A DNA stretch of 64,000 nt from Squalus acanthias (lineage: Eukaryota), in the NCBI GenBank assembly GCA_030390025.1, contig CM059438.1, positions 56,670,001-56,734,000 on the forward strand. Direction: 5' to 3'. Positions 13,191 to 25,199 of the stretch are shown here, piece by piece. The notes beneath the pieces are model-generated. The model saw only the letters and a list, made by a program, of their open reading frames with translations. It did not search any database and was not told the origin of the DNA. A program made the position numbers and the translations under genes. Each line of letters starts with the position of its first letter. Positions within the stretch are counted from its first letter, which is position 1.

Positions 13191-14299
13191 TCAACCACAT
13201 CCTAATGGTGAAGTGCCATTAAAGACAGTGAACCCACTCCCTACTAAGAAAATTTGCAGTAACAATATGGACACTTGATTAAGTGATTCTGGCAATACCA
13301 GGATCACATCCACAACATGCCTCCACTATACGAGGACTGTGTGTCACCCTATTTGTGGATAGTATTGTCTAACCAGAGCTTCACTGCGTCTCTACATATT
13401 CAGAGGGCCAGCCACAAAGCTGTGAGTTCATGCCTATTGATGTGCCAACTGGCAGGTGCCTGTCTCAGTAAAGGTCCAGGCTTTCACCAACTTCATTAAA
13501 AGTTTGTGTATTTGCAGTTTGGTCTTAAATGCCTTTGGCCAATTCATTGCCATCTTCCTCCTCAGAGGATTTGGGATGCCAATCGCATTCAGGTCTCCAT
13601 TACCCCCGAGGGCTGAGTCTGCCCCTTTACAGATGGGAACATGGCTCTTGATAGGGAATCAAATCAGTCATGCAGTGTTTTGTCCCAGCATATTATCTGG
13701 GGCAGTGTGTCAAAGTTAGCTCTACTGCCTTGAATCATCCTTCCCCTCCCCCCCCAACCCACCCAAAAAAGGATAATACTAATGAAGGTAGAAGATTATC
13801 GATTCCCATAGCGTAAATCTTGGGATTACAAAGCTAGGCTCGTCTGGATATATTTTCTTTGTTTATGGTTTAAGAGTCCTCCCAGTATCCCATAGTCAGG
13901 GGCATTATTTGTGTTTAGCGTGGATAATCCACGAGGGATTATAATCTGAAGGGCACCCATTGCTGACCAGCAGTACTTTTCCATGCACATCCAGGGTCTC
14001 TGGGCCGAGAGTTGCCCATTTAAAGGGAGTACTGTGTTACTAGAGGTAATGAAAGCAATTTGCCCTTCATTTATATAGAACTTGGTGACAAGACAGTTGA
14101 TGCTGACATTGTGCCAGTGCCATCAATAAACACTCCACACCAAGGGGCATAAAAGAGTCCTTAGCTTCATTCAACACCAATAAATGCCTCACATTGACTG
14201 AATATGTCAGCAGCCTTCAGTGCTGATGTTTTCTCTGCAGTCAATGCCAATGTGGGTTCAGCAACATCCAAATGGACATGGCTAGATTTCTATGGTTTA

Positions 14300-14705
14300 G
14301 GTATTAGTTGGGCTCAGTTGACAGCACTCTTGCATCAGGCAGTAGGTTCAAGCCCCACACCAGGACTTGAGCATCTAATCTAGACCACGATCCACTGGAG
14401 TATTGAGGGAGTACAGTAGAGTCACAGGTGCTGCCTTTTACCTGACACAGTAAACACAGGCTCCACCAATCCCTTCAGAGACATTAAAGATCTTCTAGCA
14501 CAGTTTGAAGAGCAGGGAGTTCTCCTGATGCCTTGGACAACATTCCACCCTCAATCAGCACCAAAACAAGATTAATTGATCATTCAACTCGCTGCTATTT
14601 ATGCAATATTGGGTGCATGCAAAATGATTGCTGCATTTACCTGCATTAGTAATTAATTGTATATGAACCACTTTGGAATGTTTCTCAGCACCATATAAAT
14701 GTAAC
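14300..14705 (+). mobile_element. Decayed Deu-type tRNA SINE
   Basis: A-box ggctcagttg, B-box ggttcaagccc, Deu-like core (aaagatc..gaagagcagggagttctcc) and L2-like tail. Confidence 0.75.
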
Positions 14706-15376
14706 TCATCAATCTGGTTCTAAATAATGTAAAACAAGTCACATGTTTAGGCATTGATAGTGAATGGACTATTGTATTTTGCACAGTACAGGTACATGCA
14801 GGTGCAGTGACCCAACTACAAAGGTACAGTGTTAGTTTGACACGGGACATGTATTAGATATAGGAACAATCAGGAATAGGAGTAGACTGTTCAGCCCCTC
14901 GGGCCTGCTCCGCTACTTAAATAGATCATGGCTGATCTGCGCCTCAACTTTATTTTCTCACCTTTTGGAGGAGATAGTTCCAAATTTCTACTATCCTTTG
15001 TGTGAAAAAGTGCTTTGATTCCAGAGAAAATAGTTTCTCCGTATCTACCCTATCAAATCCTTTTAACATTTTAAACATCTCGAACAGATCAACCCTCAAT
15101 CTCCAATACTCAAGAGAATACAAGCCAGGATTATGCAACCTGCCCTCATAATTTAACCCTCTAAGCCCCAGTATCATTCTGATGACTCTGTGCTGCACCC
15201 ACTCCAAGGCCAATATATCCTTCGGAGGTGCCATGCCGAAAATTGAGCAGTGTCCAGATAGGGTCTGACCAAGGCTCTGTAAAACTGAAACATATCTTCC
15301 TCCCCTTTGTATCCCAGCCCTCGAGATACAGGCCAACCATCGCCTTTTTGATTGCTTTTAATGATATGGGTACTGG

Positions 15377-16113
15377 GGGTAGAAATGCGGTTGGTTAGCA
15401 CCTCCTGTTAGTGCCTCCGGGGGGGGGGGGGAGGGGGGAGAAAGAGGGGGGTGATAACGGGGCGCTAACGACTTACCGCCCAGGCACAACAAAAGAGACA
15501 ACTCCCGCTAAATTCGCCTGGAGGTTTGAGACGGTGGTAACCCCATGCGCCATGATCTCCTGCGCCCGGAGATCATGAGGTCATCGTCCTGCGCATCACC
15601 CCGGACCCGAAATTCGGTTCCGCCCCCTGCAGCATCGCCGGGCGACCACACTGACAGCTGCAGGAGCCGTTGTTCAGGAGGCCGGGCGCGTTAGGAGTGC
15701 TGTTTAAAGGGGTTAATGGTTGCGGGAAAAAAAAGTCTGAAGCTTAACGTTCATTTTTCATTATTTTCTTGGGCCGCGATTGATCAGCTCTGCTCTCTGC
15801 TATAGTGCTTCGGGCTGATCGTGGCGGTTCGCAGATGCCGTCGGCGACGAGGGACCTCATTTCATTTCAGAGCCTGCAGCAATGGCCCTTCCCTTTAAGG
15901 GAGGGAAGGAGCCTCAGTTCCCAGCAGCACTGTCCTCGACATTGGGTAGCGCTGCACCCCGACTGCCCCTCCAGCTTGATTTAGCACTCCACTTCTTTCC
16001 TGGAGCGCTAACAGACAATTTCGTGGAAGCTGAGAATCATTAGCACCTGGTGCTCATTTTTCAGGATTTTAAAAATTTTACGCCCCAAACGGGGCGATAC
16101 CGAATTTCTCCCC
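15377..16113. mobile_element. Non-autonomous TIR DNA transposon (Harbinger-like MITE)
   Basis: GGGTAGAAATGCGG ... CCGAATTTCTCCC terminal inverted repeats. GC-rich, interrupts a CR1. No clear TSD. Confidence 0.65.
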
Positions 16114-16237
16114 AAGGACTCCCACATCTCCTTTTCTCCTCTGCAGTCCCTAGTTTTTCAGCATTTAGAAGATAATCTGATCCATCTTTCTTGGGTCCAA
16201 AGTGGATGGCCTCACACTTGCCCAGATTGAACTCTAT

Positions 16238-16960
16238 GGGCTGGATTTTGAATGACCCATGGAGTCGGGTTTGGAGGCGTGTGGGGGGTTAAATTTGCGC
16301 GGTCGGGGTTTCCGACCCCATCCCGACTCCATGCAATTTTGACAAAATCAGTCGCGGGGTTCCCGACTCCGTCCCGCCTCCAAGAGGCGGGAGAGGCCAT
16401 TAAAGCCCTTAACAAGCTCTAAATTGGCTCTGTAATGCCATTTTGAAACGTTTTAGCTAGTTTAACCCTTTTCTGACGTGAAGTACGCCTGGTGTGAAAC
16501 ACTCCAGTGAAACCTGGCGGGAGCACAAGTGGACAGCTGACTATCAGCTGCAGGTCCACTATTACAACGGAGATGTGATGAAGGTAGTAGTAGTATTAGG
16601 TCTGAAAGTCGCCGCTGCTGCATTGAATGTGTTCAGAGGCTGCCTCGCCTTTGCTGTGAGAGGACTTGGATGCAAAAAAATCTCATATATATACAGGTCC
16701 AACCACATCAAAAGCCAGGCAGGTCCTCTCTGAGCAACAGCCAGACAGTCTCTCACCTGCAAAGCAGCAGGAATGATGACATCATCAGAGGCGACTTTCA
16801 GACTGAATCCACTAATTAGTTCATGGTTCCCACATGCTGGAACTCAATTGCCCAATTAAGTGAAAATTCCATCATTCATCCACATTAATCTGGAGTCGGG
16901 GGGGGGGGGGGGGGGAGACACGAAATGCGGATTACCCGACCCCAAGACAAAATCCAGCCC
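16238..16960. mobile_element. Non-autonomous TIR DNA transposon (Harbinger-like MITE)
   Basis: Perfect TIR GGGCTGGATTTT ... AAAATCCAGCCC. Flanks tat/cat (3-bp TSD with one mismatch). Interrupts a CR1. Confidence 0.75.
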
Positions 16961-18339
16961 CATGTGTCAGTTTTGCCCACTCACAATCTGTCTAAGTCCC
17001 TTTGCAACTTCCTGCTCCCATCTGCACTACTGACTGTGCCTCCTAACTTAGTGTCATCTGCAAACTTGGATATACAACTCTATTCCTTCATCCAAGTCAT
17101 TGATATAGTGAAAAGATGAGGCCCCAGTACAGATCCCCGGGGAACACCATTCGTCATATCCCACCAATCAGAGTTGCTACCCTTTACTCTGTCTCCTACC
17201 TCCAGACCAATTTCCAACCTAAGTCAAAAGGCTACCTCCAATTCCGTGCTCTCATTGTTGCTAATAGCCTCTTGTGTGGAACCTTATCGAATGCCGACTG
17301 GAAGTCCATATTGATCGCATCCATAGACACTCCCATATCTACCTTATTAGTGACCCCCTCAAAAAACTCAACTAGATTAGTCAGACATGACTTAGCCTTA
17401 AAGCTCTGTTGGCTCTCTGATCAGATCAAATTTGTTCAAGTGCCCAGTCACTCTATCCCCAATGACAGATTCTAGTAACTTCCCCACAACTATCGCTAAT
17501 CTGACATGTATGTAGTTACCTAGTTTCTTTCTCCATCCGTTCTTAAATAATACAGGACATTGTTGACAGGCATGCCGTATCACAGGCTAGCTGGGGCATT
17601 GTAATCTCAGCAGAGAGTGCTGAATTCTAATTAGTGCCTTGGTTCATGCTATGCTAATGCTTGTGGGAAATGCCTGTTTTATTTGTGCTCTTTAAAGCAG
17701 TAGAAGGAAATAGGATTGGTTCCTGGTGTTGCCATGCCATCTAAACAGCATAGCTTTTCTTTTCTTTTAAATTTGTATTCTGAAAGGCTTGTCTAATATA
17801 TCTTCTGGATATTTATCACATTAGTCTTCTACTTTGGGCAAAAAAGAGAACAGAATGTTTGTACTCAACACCTGACCAATCTAAGTTACTTTTACTGAGA
17901 GTTTGGAGACTTTCACCTTAGTTTTTAGAAATATTGAAGAGCAAAGAACATTTAGACAAGGAAAATTGAACTGGCACAGACCCTTGACAACCACACACAG
18001 CACTTCCTGTCCACTATGCCACAATAACATTTACTACAAACTGAATAGGTGGTTTCTGCAAAACCTAGGCTATAATCATATTCACGCAGAAAATACAGAG
18101 TCCATCTTTATATTAAATATCTTGTGCTTTGACCACTGCCCAACAGATCAGCAGGTTCCCAGCTCCCTAGAGATGAACACATTTCCCATTGTTGCAGCCG
18201 CGTTTGAAACCAGGATCCTCTGGCAATTATCAAAGAATTGGGCATCCCTTTTGAGGAATCTCACTGGCAAAGAGTGATCATGTGAGTTTTGTTTATGTCA
18301 CTGTCTAGTAATCACATTGACACTGGTATGCACACAACC

Positions 18340-20380
18340 GCCTTCCCAAGTATCACACAACATCCTCACCAAGAGTTTCTCATCCTCAATGATTTCAATC
18401 TAGACCTAAACTCCCCCAACTCCATCTCCAAATTCTGTGACCCTATTCTTACGCAACTCATCCTTCACACACTGTCCCCCACCCCACCATTCCTGAGGTC
18501 TCAATCACCAAGAGAGACATTAAAGTGATCAGAGATCACCTTACCAGCCACAACCCTCGCCTTCCCCAAACCAAACTAGCCTCACCTAGAGAACCCCCAC
18601 CCCACCAATTCAGACTCCCAAATGCTTCCACCCCCTGACCCAGCACAATACCTCTGCCACTGTTGACCCACTCAAGTGCTCTCACGCATTCTTCTGCTTC
18701 CTGATAAAGAATCCCCATTTTGAATCCCAAGGGCTGCAAACTGAAGTGCACCTGTCACATTACTGGTCGAGTCATTCATCAGCTTGACTGCTCGTCACTT
18801 TACTCAGCCAAATCCTACTACTGAGGGGCAAGGACAACCCAAGGCTCCTGTTCTCCATTGCAAGCTGCTTCCACAAACCTCTTTTCCCCCACACCGTGCA
18901 AGGAGATCACAACTTTCTTAAACAGGAGACCATCTGTGCAGTTGTTTCTACCACTACCTCCCCACCAACCTTGCATCCAATCCCATGCTGCAGTTTCTCT
19001 CCCATTTCCCCTTCTCTCTCCCCAAGCTCAACTGTTCTGACACCCACCTCTTGTTCCCTCAATCCACTCCCAAGCCTCAGCACTCAACGACCTCCTCCCC
19101 CAAGTCTCCATGTTTACAGGCATTGCTAATGACTCCCTGTGCTCAGACATCATCCCCCAGCCTTGCAAAGCCACCGTTGCCACTCTCTCCTCAAAAGCTA
19201 TCTAGTCTCTCTAAATACAGATCCATCTCTCACCTCTGAACATGTCATCACCTCCCAGCTCCATGCAAACCTTTCCCAAAACTTCCTGTTCAAATTCCTT
19301 TATTCTGGTTTCTACCCTGTATGGTACTGAGACCATCCCCATCAAAGTCATCAACAGCAACCTCAGCCACAGTCCATCATCCTTACATATTCACAACTTC
19401 TCTGCAGGATATGATCAGCCACACCATTCTCTTTTGTCACCCCTGTTCTGTTGTCCAGCTTCATGGGATTGTTCCACTACTATATTGCCTAATATAACCA
19501 ACACATCTCCAGCAACAGCTCATCTTCCCATCCTGCACATAACTTGGTTCCCCCTCTTCTTCCCATCTACATGTTGCCCTTCAGTGACATCTTCCACAGG
19601 AACAGGGGCAGCTTCCAGAAGTATGCTGGCAGTCTCCGGTTCTACCCGTCTACCATTTCCCTTGAGCCCAGACATCAAATCATTAAGATGACTAAAACCA
19701 AAGTTTTCAGCCACTATCATAAACTTAATTTGCTTGCCACACAAATTCTTGCCTCTCCAGGTCACGAGTTGTGCAAAACCTTGCTGTCTTGTTCATCATA
19801 AAGCTAAACTACAAATATCTCAACCATATCCATCACCAAGATCTCTTACTTATAAGCTCCATATCATTTGCCTCCACCCCGCTGTCAGTAAAACCCATAT
19901 CCATGTGTTTCCACAATGTCATCCTTGCTAGCCTCCCATTTTTCAGAAATCCAGATTGTTCAAATCCTAGCTGCCCATATCCTGTCCTGCACACCCATTC
20001 TTCCCAATTTAAACTGTGGTTTACTGTCTCCTAGCAAACTCCCCTCTCATTTTCAAATCTCTCCGTGGTCTTGTAAATCCTACTTCAGCAACCTTCTACA
20101 GCCTTACACTCACTCTCAGGCCCTCCAAATCTGGCCGCCTTTGCATTCCCTCCTCCAACACCTTCCCCCCACAGCCATCGCGGCCCCAAGTGCTTGAACT
20201 CCATTCCTAAACTCATCCACTTCTTCACCTTTAAAATCATTCTAAAAACCCAGCGTTTCAGCCAAACTTTCCAGTTCCCTCTAACTCAGCATCCATTCCT
20301 TTCATCTAGATTTCCTTCTCCTTCTAAAGTGTTGAGTGGTTTCTACATTAAAGGCATTACATAAATACCAGTGGTTGTGA
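18340..20380 (+). mobile_element. Highly decayed L2 LINE
   Basis: C-rich sequence with remnants LILNDFN, YSGF..GTET..IKVIN and an L2-type 3' end (ctacattaaaggcattacataaatac). Confidence 0.6.
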
Positions 20381-20554
20381 CCTTATTGTTCTGTGCTTGA
20401 TCCTCTAATTGAAATCTCTCAGAATATGTGCACTGGCATGAACAGGATTCTGATAACTCACTTCCACCATCCATAACCATATATTTGAAGTTTTTAAAAT
20501 CCTAGCATTGAAAAAAAAGAGATGCTTCCAGCTGCTGTCCTTTTTATTGCTATA

Positions 20555-20990
20555 GATTAGCACCAGGGATGAGAGACTTCAGTTGTGTGGAGAGACTAGA
20601 GAAGCTGGGATTGTTCTCCTTCGAGCAGTTGAGGGGAGATTTAACAGGAGGTGTTCAAAATGATGAAGGGTTTTGATAGAGTAGATAGGAGAAGCTGTTT
20701 CCAGTGGCAGGAGGGTCGGTAACCAGTGGACACAGATTTAAGATAATTGGCAAAAAAAGCCAAGGGGAGATGAGAATTTTTTTTGTGCAGCAAGTTGTGA
20801 TGATTTGGAATTCACTGCCTAAAGGGTGTGGAAGCAGATTCAATAGTAACTTCCAAAAGGGAATTGTGTGTATATGCATTTGAAAAGAAAAAAAATGCAG
20901 CGTTATGGAGAAAGAGAAGGGGGGGGGACTATTTGGATAACTCTTTCAAAGAGCTGGCACAATGGCCCCCTTCTGTGCTGTATGATTCTA
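20555..20990 (+). mobile_element. CR1 3' end fragment
   Basis: gagagactagagaagctgggattgttctcc...tctgtgctgtatgattcta. Confidence 0.75.
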
Positions 20991-21520
20991 GATGCTGCAC
21001 TGTGATTTCATGCATCTCTGGACCAATGACAGTAATAATAAATCAGGTAGAGGCACAGCACAATCGGACTTTGCTGCTGACTAACTCCACCAATCCAGCT
21101 CCGCTTTAAAGCCTTGGTTCCCACAGCAGCTCTCAGATTCCTTTCCTGCTTATTACCATCTCCAGTTTCTCCGCTCCCCACGTGCCTGCTTTCCATAATT
21201 CTAGCCTCATCTCAGATTGTTAGGAAAAACAAGAGGAGACAATTTGGCTATCATAGTTCACCCCTCCAGTACTCTAGCTCATGTTGCCTAACATGCAACG
21301 GCATATTTGACCACCCAGCCTTTGATTCCATCACCTTACGTAGTAGATTAATCCAACATTTAATCATCCTTTCCTGAGCAGAACAATTCTTCCCCCACCG
21401 CCACCCCCCCCCCCCCACCTTTTACAGGACTTGCTGAATTTACTTTTCATTAGTTTAAATTTAGATCACCTTGTGTCACACTGAATCACCTTGAAATGGT
21501 CTGGTGCATCCTGTGTACAA

Positions 21521-23013
21521 TTGATTGTAATCTACCAAAATTCCCTGGATTCTGGAGAGGTCCCAACGGATTGGAAAACCGCAAATGTAACACTCCTATT
21601 CAAGAAAGGAGGGAGGCAAAAAGCAGGAAACTATAGGCCAGTTAGCCCAACATCTGTCATTGGGAAAATGCTGGAATCCATTATTAAGGAAGTAATAGCA
21701 GGACATTTAGAAAATCATAATAAAACCATGCTGACTCTGCTTGATTGTATGAAAGGGAAAACGTGTTTGACAAATTTGCTAGAGTTCTTTGAGGATGTAA
21801 CGAGTAGGGTGGATAAAGGGGAACCAGTGGATGTGGTGTATTTGGATTTCCAGAAGGCATTCGATAAGGTGCCACATAAAAGGTTACTGCACAAGATAAG
21901 AGCTCACAGGGTTGTGGGTAATACATTAGCATGGATAGAGGATTGGCTAATTAACAGAAAGTCGGGATAAATGGGTAATTTTCCGGTTGGCAAACTGTAA
22001 CTAGTGGGGTGCCACAGCGATCAGTGCTGGGGCCTCAACTATTTACAATCTATATTAATGACTTGGATGAAGGGACCCAGTGTACTGTAGCCAAATTTGC
22101 TGATGATACAAAGATAGGTGGGAAAGCAAGTTGTGAGGAGGACACAAGTCGGAAAAGGGATATAGATAGGTTAAGTGAGTGGGCAAAAATTTGGCAGATG
22201 GAGTATAATGTAGGAAAATGTTAGGTTATTCACTTTGGTAGGAAAAATAAAAGAGCAAATTATTTAAATGGAGACTACATAATGCTGCAGTACGGAGGGA
22301 TCTGGGGGTCCTCGCATAAGAAACAAAAAGTTAGCATGCAGGTACAGCAAGTAATTAGGAAGGCAAATTGAATGTTGGCCCTTATTGCAAGGGGGATGGA
22401 GTATAAAAGTAGGGAAGTCTTGCTACAACTGTACAGGGCGCTGGTGAGACCACACCTGGAGTACTGCGTACAGTTTTGGTCTCCTATTAAGGAGGGATAT
22501 ACTTTCATTGCAGGCAGTTCAGAGAAGGTTCACCAGGTTAATTCCGGAGAAGGGGTTGTCTTAAAGGTTGAGCAGGTTGTGCCTGTACTCATTGGAGTTT
22601 AGAAGAATGAGAGGTGATCTTATTGAAACATAAGATTTTGAGGGGGCTTGACAGGGTAGGTGCAGGGAGGATGTTTCCCCTCATGGGGGAATCTAGAGCT
22701 AGGGGGCATCTAGAGCTAGGGGGGCACAGTTTCAGGTTAAGGGGTCGCCCATTTAAAACAGAGATGAGGAGGAATTTCTTCTCAGAGGGTCGTGAATCTT
22801 TGGAATTCTCTACCCCAGAGAGCTGTGGAGGCGGAGTCATTGCATATATTCAAGGCGGAGATAAGACATATATTTGAGCTACAGGGGAGTCCAGGGTTAT
22901 GGGGAGCGGGCGGAAAAGTGGCGTTGAGGCCAAGATCAGATCAGCCACGATCTTATTGAATGGCGGGGCAGGCTCGAGGGGCCGAATGGCCTACTCCTAT
23001 TTCTTAGGTTCTT
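21521..23013 (+). mobile_element. 5'-truncated CR1 LINE
   Basis: ORF pieces DWKTANVT..GNYRPVS, YLDFQKAFDKVPH, KFADDTK and [13 protein letters not shown], followed by the CR1 tail. Confidence 0.9.
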
Positions 23014-23021
23014 AATACTTT

Positions 23022-23169
23022 CACCAGGAAATTCCTCGGGGTTCTCCCAATCGGCCACAGTAACTGTGGCAGAAGATTGGAGGACACCCCGAATACATGC
23101 ATAAATGGGGTTTCCACCGAAGCAGTAGCTGTCGATCAGGAGAACGAACCCCTAAGGAAATACCTGGTG
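23022..23169. repeat. ~148-bp imperfect fold-back (palindromic MITE-like) element
   Basis: Arms caccagg/cctggtg, gttctcc/ggagaac and ggacacccc/ggggtttcc around central atgcat. Confidence 0.65.
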
Positions 23170-23765
23170 TTAATATCTAACTCACTGATATACCTTCAAC
23201 AATACTTGCCACCCCCACCCACCCCTTGTCATCCCAGTGCACTGCAAAGCTTCAACACAAATTCAGTATTGTTAAAATAAAATGAAGGGATGCACACATC
23301 AGCCTTATGGATGTGGTGGAAGTAGAAGAGATGCTATATAGCATATTACTGAGGTATATGCTCAGACTCCTACCTGTATCCAGGTCATTTAGAGAGATAA
23401 TAAACAGGGGTCCAAAGCACTGTCCCCTGCAGTACTGCACTAAGCACCTCGCCCAGTCCAACAATACCATCCACAAGTACCCTTACACTTCCCATTTAAA
23501 AAATATAGTGCTTATCCAATCCCACATTTTACTCTGACTCACACCTGAAATGTAACTCCTCTGCTCCCTCCACAGATGCTGACTGAGCCTTTCCAGTATT
23601 TTGTTTTTCAGATTTCCAGCATTAGTAGTTTTGTTTTACTCATTGATGTTAGTTTGATTAGTCTCATGTGGGATGTTTAAAGCAGATGAAAAGCTCAACA
23701 AAGGGGAAATAAAATAAAAAATATTCCCAAGTATCAAAATGAAAGACTCAAAAGGAGCTGATAAA

Positions 23766-24555
23766 GAAAGAACTTGTAATTATATAAGCACCTTTCAGGA
23801 CCTCAGGAGATCCCACAGCCAATTAAATACTTTTTGAAGTGTAGTCACTGTTGTAATGCAGGAAACACAGTAGCCAATTTGCACACAGCAGTCTCCCACA
23901 AACAGCAATGTGATAATGACCAGATAATCTGGTTTAGTGATATTGGATGAGTGCTAAATATTGGCTAGGACACCGGGGATAAATCCCCTGCTCTTCTTCC
24001 AATAGTGCCATAGAATCTTTTACATCCACCAGAGCGAGCAGACGGGGCGTCAGTTTAACATCTCATCCGAAAAATGGCACCTCCAACAATGCAGCCCTCC
24101 CTCAGCACTGCCCCTCCGACAGTGCGGCGCGCCCTCAGCACTGCCCCTCCGACAGTGCGGCGCGCCCTCAGCACTGCCCCTCCGACAGTGCGGCGCGCCC
24201 TCAGCACTGCCCCTCCGACAGTGCGGCGCGCCCTCAGCACTGCCCCTCCGACAGTGCGGCGCGCCCTCAGCACTGCCCCTCCGACAGTGCGGCGCGCCCT
24301 CAGCACTGCCCCTCCGACAGTGCGGCGCGCCCTCAGCACTGCCCCTCCGACAGTGCGGCGCGCCCTCAGCACTGCCCCTCCGACAGTGCGGCGCGCCCTC
24401 AGCACTGCCCCTCCGACAGTGCGGCGCGCCCTCAGCACTGCCCCTCCGACAGTGCGGCGCTCCCTCAGTACTGCACTGGAGTATTAGAGTTCAAGTCTCT
24501 GGAGGGGGACTTGAACCCACAACCTTCTGGCTCAGAGGCGAGAATGCCTCAGCTG
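23766..24555 (-). mobile_element. Full-length Deu-type tRNA SINE with internal minisatellite expansion
   Basis: tRNA head (B-box ggttcaagtccc on minus, ~24507-24518), Deu core, and L2-like tail at 23766-23850. Confidence 0.85.
24101..24463. repeat. 33-bp minisatellite, 11 near-perfect copies (ctcagcactgcccctccgacagtgcggcgcgcc)
   Basis: Read directly. ORF track shows LSTAPPTVRRA x10 plus one variant unit. Confidence 0.95.
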
Positions 24556-24679
24556 AGACCAGCAAAACCGAAGTACATCAAGCCGATAAAGGACAAAACT
24601 CTCGAGGTAGGAATGTGAAGCATAAAACAAAAAAGGAGAAAACCGAATGCGAAGTACATTTTTTTTACACAAGCTTCAG

Positions 24680-25030
24680 CCCCGCTCCCCGCTCGGTACC
24701 AGTGCCCATGCGCAGTAGGCCGTCCGAGGGCCACTTTCTCAAAGCCGGCGGGGGGCCGACACCGCGCATGCGTGCTGCCGGAGCGCGCGCGCGCGCAGAT
24801 TTGAAACGGCCCGCGCGCCGCCGGCCGCCATTGACCGTGACGAAGGAGAGGCGGTGAGTTCGGCGCGTAACGGTCGGCTCGGGGCCCGCACACACACAGA
24901 GCCCGAGCGGCCTCCACAAACTGGTCTTTATAAATCCGATCCGGCGTTCGGCCCCACGCGGCGGCTCTCCGGCCGCAGCGCAACACGGGACCGCCCGGCC
25001 CCTCAGGGGCGCCGGCCTGACCGGGCACAG
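24680..25030 (+). promoter_or_regulatory. CpG island with NRF1-, CHR- and YY1-like motifs; candidate plus-strand promoter/first exon
   Basis: Dense CpG. cgcgcatgcgtg 24763-24774, (GC)7 24783-24796, TTTGAA 24800-24805, gccgccatt 24824-24832, donor-like GCG|GTGAGT at 24853/24854. Confidence 0.6.
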
Positions 25031-25104
25031 CCACCCACACCTCACCTTATCTCCTTCCAAAATGTCCTACTTTCCCTAATCCTAATACGGCTAACAGTAC
25101 AGAC

Positions 25105-25161
25105 CTTGGCCCCGATCTGGTTGCCACACTGGCCAGCCTGAAGATGCACGATCTCTCGCAT
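25105..25161 (-). CDS. tubb: Beta-tubulin coding exon 1 (TUBB4B/TUBB4A-like): MREIVHLQAGQCGNQIGAK
   Basis: Minus strand ATG CGA GAG ATC GTG CAT CTT CAG GCT GGC CAG TGT GGC AAC CAG ATC GGG GCC AAG|GT. It is 57 bp with a phase-0 intron at the conserved vertebrate position. Leu7 as in class IV tubulins; exact paralog not determinable. Confidence 0.95.
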
Positions 25162-25199
25162 ACCGAAAGCTCTGCCTAAACTACTCTAGCCGGGATAAC

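Larger units (their letters stand above)
14865..17560 (-). mobile_element. 5'-truncated CR1 LINE carrying two MITE insertions
   Basis: ORF pieces KDILALEWVQHR..LRGLNYEGRL, VVGKLLES and FADD region. CR1 3' tail at 14865-14950. Confidence 0.8.

Noticed and set aside
14134..14154. FYAPWCG thioredoxin-like peptide on the minus strand
   Set aside because: Lacks the CXXC second cysteine and any flanking similarity; probably chance.
23010..23152. Candidate in-frame exon 2 for tubulin (ccttAG|GFVLLIDSYCFGG...)
   Set aside because: No tubulin similarity or good donor; better explained as a fold-back element.
24055..24487. Repetitive ORFs (LSTAPPTVRRA / LRARRTVGGAV) as proteins
   Set aside because: By-product of a 33-bp minisatellite inside a SINE.
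24549..25141. Arg/Pro/Gly-rich ORFs over the CpG island
   Set aside because: Expected stop-poor frames in GC-rich DNA with no recognisable domain.
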